From: Rhynchopus sp. YZ270_cl-10
Taxonomy: Eukaryota
Assembly: GCA_964035575.1 (NCBI GenBank)
Contig: OZ037842.1
Location: 620,001 to 684,000 of the forward strand
Direction of reading: 5' to 3'
DNA: 64,000 nt
Shown here: one piece after another, positions 47,206 to 58,328 of the stretch
Numbering within the stretch: position 1 is the first letter of the stretch
Layout of the letters: each line of letters starts with the position of its first letter
Position numbers and translations under genes: made by a program
The notes under the pieces: model-generated
The model's input: the letters and a program-made list of their open reading frames with translations, nothing else
Database searches by the model: none
Told to the model about the DNA's origin: nothing

Positions 47206-49448
47206 TTTTTTTTGGTTGTGTGTTCTGAGGTGGGTAGGTCGTAACGTCAATTCCCAAGAATTTGTGTGTTGAGAATCAGAGATGTGAAAATATGGGGAAA
47301 AAAGGGGGTCAGTTGAGATCGTATTTGGCGTTAAAGATAGTGAAGAAAAGACAACAAAAAAACAACGTTTAAGTTTAACTTTAACCAAAAGAAAGAAAGT
47401 TTTGTGTAAGATGAACCTAAGTATCGTGCTTAAGTCACCTTCTTTTAAAAAGGGCGGAAGGTGTGGAAGTACAAAGGCCTCTGCGGGCAGAGGATATTGG
47501 GACATAGTATGTCATATAAAGTGAGAAAAAAACGAAAAAAAAGTTTGAATATGTGCCTCTCTCTCTGGGCACATATATTTCAAAAAAAGGGGGGAAATAA
47601 AACTAAAGTGGAAAAAAAAAGGAAACTAAGGGAGTGCCCCCCGTTCTATATAATGAGGAACTTGTTGTGCTGACGCCCACCTACTAAGATAAGGTCTGTG
47701 ATCGCCCGAAGGCTATTGATGGAACATATTTTTTATTTCTTTATTTGAAAACTTGGGCAAAAATCACGTGTCGCAACAGAATATATCCACGCCACGCCCA
47801 CCCTCCGCCCAGCTTACTTCCATTTCGCGGTCTACGTTGAGATGTCCTACTCCCGCTACCGCTCGTCAGTCAACGAAACGGGTATAATTGGAACACAAGG
47901 GAGCAAATCCTTGTGCGAAGTAAGTGATTCGGGATTTATTTATCAACCCAGTTGTGCGGCAAAACCGATTGATCCCTCTAGTGCTCTAATGAGAATCCTT
48001 TGCCAAACCTTTACACGTCATCTGAGGAACTAACCCAAGGACGTTAGCAATACAAAACAAAAACGAGCTTTTTCAAAAATAAAATGAAAAATGCAAAAAA
48101 TAAAATTGGGTCACACAGTGAAATAACTCAAAACCACACGCAGTTTGAACGGGAAATATCACATATTTTCGTTCCCGTGCACATTTTCACCCCCTCCAGA
48201 CAACGTTGCCTTGATAATCTGTTGATTTGGTAGAGTCATGCAGAACGTCTTTTTTTTCGTGGAGGGAAAAAAGAAGAAAAGAAGAAAGAAAACGAGAACC
48301 AAGGGTCCTTCGGCTTTTGCCGCACAATTTTTTTTTTCATAAACACACATCGGTGTTCTGACGGAGAGCGTGTCTCGGGAGTGAACAGAAGTGTTGATAA
48401 AGATAATCTAAGCATCTCGTGCTTCACCTCGAAAGAAAAATACATAAGATGACCCTAACCCTCTCGTTCTTACCTTGATAACATTCGATACCGCGCAGCA
48501 TCGTGGGTTTCCACAAATCTCAGTCATCTAGAAAAGGTTGCGAGATGACAAGCTTCTGCTGCTAAGTCACGAAATTCACTGATGTTTGTTTGCTGTGTTA
48601 CTGTACAGTAAAGTTGGAAAAGTGCACGTCTCTCAGGTGCACGGTATCCATGTAGAATACAACTGTTTTTCTTTTTGTGGAGAAGTGCTGGATCAAGGGT
48701 GCAGGGCCACCACGTATTGGCATAAATTTGAGCTGAAATACAAATCCCTCTCGTGGCAATCCTACAAAAATCTGCTGGATATTACAGAAGACTACCCCAA
48801 GATTAGACGCCTCCTGCGGATGCACTAAATAAAGGGGAGAAAGTTACACACTGAATGTACCTCTCCGTGCACATATGAGAGGGGGTGAAGAACTCATGAT
48901 GAAAAAAAAAACAAGTAATTGCTATCGGAAAAAAAACGGGGTGTGATGTGGAACTCATCCTGTAGAAATAATCTACAACACGCCCAGCATTCTGCTCTTC
49001 TGCAGGTATGCTAACGCTCTTCGTACGCTGCCAGACCCACTGGGACGCCAGCATCTGAAACATTCAAGAAGGGGGGCTGTCCTCTTCGTCCAGCACCATC
49101 TGCTCGATAGCGTTGTTGGACGTCGGCTCGGCAGGCTCGGCGTGTTCCAGCTCGTTTTTGTCCACAGGCTCCCCACATTGTCGTCGTCGTTGGAGCAGTG
49201 TGGAAGGAACACAGAGTGCACAGACTACAACACATCGATCACACCAGGCGCATCAGCACGTCCAGCAAATCGCCAGGATGCTACGGTGGTTTCGAAAATC
49301 GCGCGTCGTTTTCCACCCCACACCCCGTTTTTTCTTAGCAATTACTTGTCCTTGTTGTTATTGTTGTTTTCAACCACCTTCCTTCAACCCTTGCAGGATC
49401 ATTTTTTTCGCGAAAACATGAAATTACACATTTCAAGAGAACAAATTA

Positions 49449-50754
49449 AAAAGGGTCCTTATTTGCATTTTTGGGCTCCGCCCGTGCAGTGGTGGGGTCA
49501 ATCTCGAAAATTGGACAATTTTTTGACCACTTAAATTTTGAGAAATATGAGCCCGGTTCCTTATACGTGGAGCCCATTTTCGGCTAAAATTTTCCTCAAA
49601 ATCTGGTTTTGTAAAATTGACCCTTTACTCCCCCCCCACATCGATTTCAATACTATACCTTACTTCACCTACGGTTGCCCTTACAGGGGGGTGAAGGAAG
49701 GTAGGTTGAAAAAGGGTCCTTATTTGCATTTTTGGGCTCCGCCCGTGCAGTGGTGGGGTCAATCTCGAAAATTGGACAATTTTTTGACCACTTAAATTTT
49801 GAGAAATATGAGCCCGGTTCCTTATACGTGGAGCCCATTTTCGGCTAAAATTTTCCTCAAAATCTGGTTTTGTAAAATTGACCCTTTACTCCCCCCCCAC
49901 ATCGATTTCAATACTATACCTTACTTCACCTACGGTTGCCCTTACAGGGGGGTGAAGGAAGGTAGGTTGAAAAGGGTCCTTATTTGCATTTTTGGGCTCC
50001 GCCCGTGCAGTGGTGGGGTCAATCTCGAAAATTGGACAATTTTTTGACCACTTAAATTTTGAGAAATATGAGCCCGGTTCCTTATACGTGGAGCCCATTT
50101 TCGGCTAAAATTTTCCTCAAAATCTGGTTTTGTAAAATTGACCCTTTACTCCCCCCCCACATCGATTTCAATACTATACCTTACTTCACCTACGGTTGCC
50201 CTTACAGGGGGGTGAAGGAAGGTAGGTTGAAAAGGGTCCTTATTTGCATTTTTGGGCTCCGCCCGTGCAGTGGTGGGGTCAATCTCGAAAATTGGACAAT
50301 TTTTTGACCACTTAAATTTTGAGAAATATGAGCCCGGTTCCTTATACGTGGAGCCCATTTTCGGCTAAAATTTTCCTCAAAATCTGGTTTTGTAAAATTG
50401 ACCCTTTACTCCCCCCCCACATCGATTTCAATACTATACCTTACTTCACCTACGGTTGCCCTTACAGGGGGGTGAAGGAAGGTAGGTTGAAAAGGGTCCT
50501 TATTTGCATTTTTGGGCTCCGCCCGTGCAGTGGTGGGGTCAATCTCGAAAATTGGACAATTTTTTGACCACTTAAATTTTGAGAAATATGAGCCCGGTTC
50601 CTTATACGTGGAGCCCATTTTCGGCTAAAATTTTCCTCAAAATCTGGTTTTGTAAAATTGACCCTTTACTCCCCCCCCCACATCGATTTCAATACTATAC
50701 CTTACTTCACCTACGGTTGCCCTTACAGGGGGGTGAAGGAAGGTAGGTTGAAAA
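49449..50754. repeat. Tandem satellite, five near-identical 260-261-bp units
   Basis: Unit AAAAGGGTCCTTATTTGCATTTTTGGGCTCC...GGAAGGTAGGTTG recurs at ~49449, 49711, 49971, 50231 and 50491. Differences are limited to homopolymer lengths. Confidence 0.97.
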
Positions 50755-51751
50755 GAATGTTGATTTGACACAACCCGCTGACAGTGTACCTGGAAAAAAA
50801 AGAAGAAGAAAAGCAAATCAGGAACTCTGCTCGTCGCTATTCTTTTTGGGGTTTTCTTTAAGTTTTTTTGCGGGGTATTTGCTGGGAAGAAGGGGGGGAG
50901 TTTCAAAACAGATGACGTGATATGTCCCTGAGAAAGGGTTCAGGAACACCCTTTATTGGGGGGTATTTGTAAAACACAAAATACCACAGTTTACAATGAA
51001 AGCACTCTAACGGGCGCAGACACAAAAAACCGGAAGAAAAAAATGCAAAAGGACAAGATAAAACAGAGAGAAGATAGATCTAGGCCTCTCGAGCTTAGCC
51101 AACTAAGGAGAAAGGGGAAAAATGGTGGTTGTAATAGCACAGCACAGGTTCAACCAACTTCACCTCACTATATACACACAGCATTATAGTGTCTGCACCA
51201 CCACAGAAATGGGAGACACAGAAAGAGTCCTTTGGTTCCTTAAACAAGATTCTCCCCGAAGTCTTTCTGAGCGCTTCTTTTACGAAGCCCGAAAGAAAGA
51301 CAAAAAAAAGAGGGAAAATTTGAATGGAACTCTCCAGGGTGAATACATAAACTCATTAGGAAAAACCCGCGCGCGAATGACCCAAAAAAAACCCCCCCTA
51401 AGAGAACGCACACAAGATAACGTATACAACCTTTCCCTCCCCCCATACCTCCATACACACATAGGGTCCCCTTGGAACTTCCACTTTGACTAAATAGCCA
51501 AAAACCCATTATGATAATGTATCATTCTGCAATATTCTTCGAAATGATACACAAAAAAACTAATGTTTGAAGCACACTTTTTTCAAGTAAAAAAAAACTA
51601 ACTTGAACCCCACAAAAATCCCCTCAAAAGTGAATATCATGCAGAAACCACTCTAATTGCAGACATATCCAAAAAGAAAGAAAAAAAATGTAAAGATGGA
51701 TGCGATCCATCTAAGAAGAAGCACTCCTTCATTTTTTTCTCCACCCCTTTT

Positions 51752-52609
51752 TTAGAATACACCTTTTTGGTTTTGGTTTTGAGACATCCCAGAAACGGAG
51801 GCATTTCGGGAGCCTCGGTAGGGTGTGGGTCCGAGCATCATTGAGGAGGAGGAGGGGGTTTGCGACGGGTTGTAGGTTCCGAAGACGGTTGACCCGCGGA
51901 GGCCGGAGAGCTGTTGCCGGGTGAGGCGGCTGGAGGCCTCGAGGCCGTCTTGCGCTGTGGTGAAGGACTGCACTGTGTCGCCAAGCTTATCCTCACCACC
52001 ACCACCACCACCACTACCTCCACCACCACCCTTCCCCCTCCCTGCCGCCAATAGCGGCGAATCCCCTCTGTCACTCTGCGCAACACTCGCCGCCATCTCA
52101 TCTGCCAGACTCATTGTCGTTGCGTTCTGCAGCTTCCTACGATGCCCCTGCTCTATCGCACCGTCAAGGATGGAGTAGCGCTGCATCCGGTCGTTCAACT
52201 CCTTCTCTTGCTGTGACCTGCGCACATAGCAGCACCAGATGCCTATACACGCAGCCACCGTCAGCAACGCCACAACCCCAATGAGGACAAGAAAGGAAGA
52301 CCCAAAGACGATGCTGTCCTCCCCGACACACTCCAGCTTCGTGGCATCCCAGGTTTCGCTGTCCGAACAAGGGGAGGGGGTGCTTGGGCTAGTTGAGTAA
52401 GGGTTAGGTGTGGGCGCGGCAGATGCGGCAGGGACCGTGCAGTTGCAGTCGTCAGCCAGCACAGAGGCTGCGCGTTCAAGATACGCATCACCCACAGCAG
52501 TCGCAATGCATTCCTCAAGCGGTGCGCGAAGTGGCGCATGTTCTACACACGAAAGCAGCAGAATCTTGCTCGCAATAACGCTGACCAACTCTGGAGGAAG
52601 AGATGGCAT
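51752..52609 (-). CDS. Single-pass membrane protein of unknown function (285 aa)
   Basis: GC-rich ORF with a Cys/Pro/Ser-rich ectodomain, TM segment FLVLIGVVALLTVAACIGIWCCYV, then RR and a low-complexity tail. Confidence 0.75.
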   Translation of the reverse strand: MPSLPPELVSVIASKILLLSCVEHAPLRAPLEECIATAVGDAYLERAASVLADDCNCTVPAASAAPTPNPYSTSPSTPSPCSDSETWDATKLECVGEDSIVFGSSFLVLIGVVALLTVAACIGIWCCYVRRSQQEKELNDRMQRYSILDGAIEQGHRRKLQNATTMSLADEMAASVAQSDRGDSPLLAAGRGKGGGGGSGGGGGGEDKLGDTVQSFTTAQDGLEASSRLTRQQLSGLRGSTVFGTYNPSQTPSSSSMMLGPTPYRGSRNASVSGMSQNQNQKGVF

Positions 52610-53463
52610 AGTTATGTGTTTCTTTTCTAGAATGTGATGAGAGGTGGGTCAGTTTTGCTAGAGAAAAAAAAAACGGTAGGACGTTGAAGAGGGGCAAAGA
52701 TATCAATAATAATTGAGGGACAGAGGGAACCTCAGGGGAGGGGGGAAGGGAGGAGGGGCATTTTTTTTTGTTTGTCAAAAATGCGGTAGTACTGTTTCGT
52801 CTTTGATTCATTTTTGAAAAAAAGCCCTCAGTCGAGGATCCTATGTTCGCTATTTTTTATTTTTTTGTTTTGTTTTGTTTTGCTTTTTTTTTTTTTTTTT
52901 TTTTTTTTTTTGAAAACTTGGTTATATTAGCGAATCCACCCTAGAGTGTGTTCCACTATAAAAATTTTTTTTTTGTGTCTTTTACTTTTTGGGTTTTTTT
53001 TATTATTTTAGTTATGGTTATTCTTAGTTGGGTTTACTTGGCCATTTTTTCTCCTTTTTAAATTTTTTAACTTTTTTTTTTCCCCCTTCAAATCAGCGAA
53101 CGGGATCACTGAGCAACGTTCTTATAAAGATAATAAATAAAAAACATTCTCTTTTTTTTGTCGCCCTTTTTTTTTAATCTCTGAAACCAGTCAGCCACTA
53201 TACAGATGGCGAACACTACAGCCGTTTCCTCCTTCCCCTCTAAGGCTTTTAGCGTCCTCTTCTGTACTGCCATATGCCCCTATGCTTCACGTCACATAAC
53301 AATCAAACTTACAAACATCCTCCTCCTTGAGACCCCACTACAATAGCATTACAATGCAGTAACAACCTAGAAAGTTAAAAACACAGGTCTTACCTCCATC
53401 AGCCTTCCGGTTGATGGATTGCCTCAGTACGTTTAAACAATTTGTGATTTGATAAACACTTCA

Positions 53464-53633
53464 CACGCAGACTAGCCAGGAGACTACTAATAGTGTTACT
53501 GGTTCAAATGAGCGAGTGTTTTACCAATGGCGCTACTAGTACAAATGACTAGTGTTTTCCGACTACTGTTACAGTAACAACTACTAGTTTAGTGTTGGTC
53601 GTTACGATTAGTCCCCCTGAATAGTCCGCCATG
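53464..53633. mobile_element. MITE, uninterrupted relative of 34534-34913 in opposite orientation
   Basis: CACGCAGACTAGCCAGG ... CCCCCTGAATAGTCCGCCATG. The core AAATGACTAGTGTTTTCCGACTACTGTTACAGTAACAACTAC is the reverse complement of 34821-34862. Confidence 0.75.
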
Positions 53634-53897
53634 TTTTTTTTTTTTTTTTGGGGGGGGTTTTACGGGGGTTATGTCAGATGAACCTAAGCCTGTCATTGCT
53701 TAGTCTCCTTTTGATCACAAATTGTTGCAAAATTAATGTAAAAAAAAAAAAAAAGGTGGGTCTGATCACCGTGCAGACGCAGACCACCCCCTGTCAGGCA
53801 TGTATCACCTCCATTTAAAAAAAATCACCGCGACAAGGCCGTCTCTCGTCTTGGCCCCCGTATACGTTGTACTATCACCTAAAGAGCTGCAGAGGTA

Positions 53898-54132
53898 CAC
53901 GACGGTGAAGTAAATGACATGACATGCTCTTTTACATGTAAATGACATTTGCGTCATTTGACATGCACCCACATGTTATTTGACATATGGGTGCATGTCA
54001 AATGACATGTGATGCAAGGCAAACAGAGGGTTTTACCACAATAAAAAAAGTTAAAATGATGTCATTGACATGCGCATACATGTCATTTAACATGTAAAAC
54101 TAAATGTGCATGTCATTTACTTCACCGTCGTG
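53898..54132. mobile_element. CAC...GTG MITE with TA 2-bp TSD and internal ATGACATG repeats
   Basis: TA|CACGACGGTGAAGTAAATGACATG ... CATGTCATTTACTTCACCGTCGTG|TA. Confidence 0.85.
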
Positions 54133-54405
54133 TAACATTCGTTGGTGGGGTGGGCAAGGTATGGGGTTCTTTTTTCCCTTCTTTCTTTGGTTAAATTTTG
54201 GAGAAAAAAAAAGGCTTGAAACATATAGGCTCTCTGATGTACACACATCATAGAAGCAAAAAAAAAAAGGGTGAAGTTGGTAATACAAACGTCTCTGGGA
54301 CCCCACGCAGCATTCATACAAATCGTCTCATATACTAACTATTCTACTGAATAGAAGGTATAATAGGGTGCACTAAATGTACAAAGAAAACCCCGCCCCC
54401 CCCCT

Positions 54406-57400
54406 TAGGGGGGTCCACCTAGCCGGGAATTGCTGTCACAAACCCATTTTTTTGATTTTTATGCTAAAAAATCCACTAAAAAGGTCGTACCTGGGCGCAA
54501 ATCGCCCTGGGGATCACCCAAATATCCCATTAAACCACCCGACGACCTCTACACGGTGGCCCAGCGGACCCTTTTGGGGGTACCCCCGGGGGTAGGGTAC
54601 CACACAGGGTAGGGTCCGCGGGGGGTACCCCCTCGCGTGGGCTACCCCAGGGGGTACCCCACAGGGTTGGGTAGGGTCCGCGCGGGGTACCCTTTGGGGG
54701 GTTTGGGGTACCCCCCGGGGTACCCCCTGCACACCCGGTGGCTATTGCCTCCCAGGGAAAGGGACTCTCAAAAATTTTTTTTTGCCCTATATAGGCCTAA
54801 TTTCGACGATTTGAGGCCATTAAAAGCAAAAATTGGCACTTTTGAGCATCTGTGGGGGTCTAAAACGTGGTTTTGCGCAGCCGATTTTTCGTGGTTTTTT
54901 TACCAAAGACAAGTCGATTTTTGACCAATTTTTCATGAAAAATGTGAAGGAAATCGCTTAGGAACTTAGCTGTGTACGTGTTCTAGCTACTGCATACACC
55001 GCGGGGTATAACCAAAATGACCGTATTTTGGCTGAAATTTCGACTTGACAATTTTTCCTCGATTTGGTCAATCTGAGGTTTTGTTTGGGGTTTTTGGGCC
55101 ATTTTATGACCAACCACGCCCGCATACGTGGGAAATTACGCGCGCAATGACGACGTCACGGCGTGGGGAGCCCTCGTAATTACGAGGGGTGCTCCCGTGA
55201 TCCTTTGAGGCCATTAAAAGCAAAATTTGGCACTTTTGAGCATCTGTGGGGGTCTAAAACGTGGTTTCGCGCCCGAAAAGTCGTGATTTTACCAAAGACG
55301 CGTCGATTTTTGACCCAAAATTTTTTTTCTTCTCGCCCAAAATCGGGCGTGGTGGGTCATAAATGGCCCAAAAAATACAAAGCCTCAATGAGCAAATTGT
55401 GAAGAAAAAAAAAATTGGTCGAAGTTTTGGTCATTTTTACCATGTGGCAACAAATAGAATGCAGGTATCAGTATCAGTGGGATTGTTCGTGCAGTGATGT
55501 TCTCGTACCTGGAGAGTAGGCCGAGCGAGTGCTGCAAGGTATGTTTTTAAGCCCCGGTTTTTACACCCCCCCGCTCCCCCTTTTCGCCTTTGTCCCGCTC
55601 GGATGTAAATCGAAGCATATTTTTATTGTCAAAATTGTCACTTTTACTTTTTTATCATGGCATCTCGTAACCTCTACAACTCTTTTACGTCAGGGAACCG
55701 GATGAGGTGCTACTTCCGGACTGAGGAAGGGCAGTCTTTTACTTTCTTTTTTGCATGGAAGAGGTACGGAGCGGCTTCTTGTTTGTTTGTTTGATTTTTT
55801 TTGTTGTAGTCTCTACTTTTGCACTCAATTTCTCTCAACAGGTACCCGAACCGACGACCCTTCATCGTGACAGCGAAACAGTGCCGATGGAAGAGCTGGT
55901 GCAATTATTGCAAACCGGGTGGGGACCGCAAAAGTTGGGTTTTTAAACCAATTTTTCCATTAACCCACCCCATAGACCGCCCCAATTATTATGAAACTCT
56001 TAGTCAGTCACTGCTATAGCCATTTAACCCAGGGAGCATAGCTAGTGCAAAAAATTCGACTTCGGGATCCGGAAAGTCTGTCCTCTGCTCTTGCGGAGGA
56101 CTACAGTAGGCACAAGAAAATATCGCGTTCCCCCAGAAAACCAATTTTTGTCACAGTAATTTTTGCCCAGGGCATGCTCTTGAAGCATGGCGGCTTGGTG
56201 TGAGAAGGGGCAGTGTATTGTTTTGTTCTAGATTTCAACGGTTGTTAGAACGAGTCAAGTGGATGCTTATCTAAACACTGACTTTAGTACAGACCCGAGA
56301 GATCAGATATGACTTTGAGGAAAGAACAAAGCAATGCATCTGTACCCGCACGCCAGGTTGTAGTGACTCCAGAATTTTCTTAAGTTTGCGCGAAAGAGAG
56401 CGGGGGCAACTCCTTTGTGTCATGAGTCCGCTGTGTAGCACAAAGCGAGGAACCTTAAAACACTACCTGCGTGGTGGCTGAATTCACATCCCTTAGAATT
56501 ACCAGAATTCAGCCTTTGTTGAAGTAACGTACATACTTGTATGTGCGTGTCACGCTTCTCCACCCTTAAATGGGTGCACTGCTTCACTGCAGCGGGTAAG
56601 CCTCTCTCGACTAGTGCGAACTTAAGAATGTTCTGCTGCAACTTACCAAAATCGATTTTCTCACCCCAAACACCCGCAACACCCCACCTGCTACTTCGGT
56701 AGCCTGTGTTGTTGGGAGTTGGTTCTCATGTTGATCCCCAGTGACTGTCTTGCACTGCTTCTTCTGAGCCCAACGCTGTTTGGCCTGTCGACGGGGTAAT
56801 AAATACGAAGACAGGGGGGCGGTGCCAACAATTTTCCGATGATGTAACGTTTATCTGATTGATTTATCGTTTGATATACCTTGTGTGTCCTTCTTCATGC
56901 ACACCAAGCAACATATATTGAACGGTATTTTCAAGCGATACTTCGTTATGTCATCGGGGGGCGGACCCCGCGCGGACCCTTGACTCTGGCACTCTGGCTG
57001 TACCTGTGTACCTGTGTACCTGTGTACCTGTGTACCTGTGTACCTGTGTACCTGTGTACCTGTGTACCTGTGTACCTGTGTACCTGTGTACCTGTGTACC
57101 TGTGTACCTGTGTACCTGTGTACCTGTGTACCTGTGTACCTGTGTACCTGTGTACCTGTGTACCTGTGTACCTGTGTACCTGTGTACCTGTGTACCTGTG
57201 TACCTGTGTACCTGTGTACCTGTGTACCTGTACCGGGGGTACCCCATGGGGTACCCCCGGGGGTAGTCTGGGGGGTACCCCATGGGGTAGTCTGGGGGGT
57301 ACCCCATGGGGTACCCCCCGCGGACCCTACCCTAAGGGTAGGAATGGGCCACCGTGTACAGAGACTTTCCTGATTAAAAAAAATCGGTTTTTTGTGAAAA

Positions 57401-58245
57401 AAAGGCCAAAAATCTGTAACGCTCGTGTAACGCTATTGGGTCAATTTTCGACACTTGCCAAAAAAAAATTCTGAGGAGACATTATGCCTTCCAAACACCC
57501 GAAAACCACCTCGGTCCACATCCGGTGGGGTCCCAGGGTGGAAATGTATGGTTTTTTCAGCTTTTAGGGGTCCTGTGTGGGCCCCAGATGTATTCTGTAG
57601 TGTCGGAAACGCATAAAAAAGCAGTACGTCCCTCACTTCTTAGCCTAGTTACACACATAACAACCCCAAAAAAATTGTCCACAGGTCCACAGAAGTCCCC
57701 AAAACCACTCGAAAGTGATTGCCGGACCCCACTGGGGGTGGAATACCCTGTTTTCGGGTCCAAAATGCGTGTTTTTTCAGTGCCGTCCCCACCTGTAACA
57801 GCTGTAACAGTACTGTAACAGTAGCGCCTCCCAGCCAAAATGCGGTTTTTGTGTATAAAAAAAATTCAAAATTTTCAGCAAAGGTATACAAAAAAAATAG
57901 ACTTTTGGCCCCAAAACCCCCCAGAAATCGCTCTGTGCACACATCTGACTGGAAAAAACCTCTTTTCCTCGTGTTTTGGACTATTTTAAAAAATTGAATT
58001 TTTTGATAAATCGCCCTGTATCAAATCCCCTCAGAAAACGGTGAAAATGGGGTGAAAACGCTACAAAAAGTGTCAAAAAAAGTTCACAAAAGTGCCAAAA
58101 AGTCCCAAAAAGGCCTCAAATAGTGAGGATATGTCCCACAAATGTGTTTTCTGGGGTGGTTTTGCGTCTTCGAATGTTTTTTTTGCACTTTTTCATGATT
58201 TTTTGGGTAGCGTGACAGCAATTCCCACGTAGGTGGACCCCCCTA
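54406..58245. mobile_element. ~3.8-kb composite TIR element (TAGGGGGG termini) with GGGGTACCCC subterminal arrays, a microsatellite and degenerate gene-like interior
   Basis: TAGGGGGGTCCACCTA-nnn-GGGAATTGCTGTCAC at 54406 is inverted at 58212-58245. GGGGTACCCC arrays at 54575-54730 and 57234-57330. No intact transposase ORF. Confidence 0.6.
57001..57233. repeat. (TACCTGTG)n microsatellite, about 29 copies
   Basis: Perfect 8-mer tandem array. Confidence 0.97.
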
Positions 58246-58328
58246 GCCCCCCCCCTCCACCCCTCTCCCATGCAATTCGATACCCAAACCCCCCCCCCCC
58301 CCATTACCCTTTTAAAAAAAAGTACCCT

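Larger units (their letters stand above)
22565..47714 (-). repeat. Dispersed hairpin family F
   Basis: TGTCGACAATCAC-[variable stem]-TCTGTAAC/TCTGTAC-...-GTCGCCYGAAGGC at ~22565, 29271, 41311, 41446 and 44505, with weaker copies at 46028 and 47670. Confidence 0.75.
28011..52960 (-). repeat. Dispersed hairpin family E
   Basis: GAAAACTTGGTTGTATTAGTG-[variable]-CTCCACTAT at ~28011, 35638, 40751, 40961, 46081 and 52912. Confidence 0.8.
23467..54315 (-). repeat. Dispersed hairpin family D
   Basis: GAAGTTGATAGTGCAAAACGCCTCTGGGACGCAGGCACT at ~23467, 38677, 39826 and 54273. Variants with an expanded loop at ~25821 and 34100. Confidence 0.8.

Noticed and set aside
47206..47505. N-terminal 100-aa extension of the histidine phosphatase ORF
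   Set aside because: It is T-rich spacer sequence on minus and contains a family-A hairpin (47406-47439). The ATG at 47205 is the more plausible start.
49538..50618. Repeated 70-85 aa ORFs
   Set aside because: They are by-products of the 260-bp satellite, frameshifted between units by homopolymer differences.
23933..53708. Families A/B/C as HDV-like ribozymes (7-nt loop CTCTCGT resembles L3 TCCTCGT)
   Set aside because: The first loop bases differ, there is no P1.1 GG, P4 or J4/2 catalytic C segment, and wobble pairs favour the opposite strand.
56881..57474. ORFs with YLCTCVPV / YTGTQVHR repeats
   Set aside because: They are translations of the 8-mer microsatellite.
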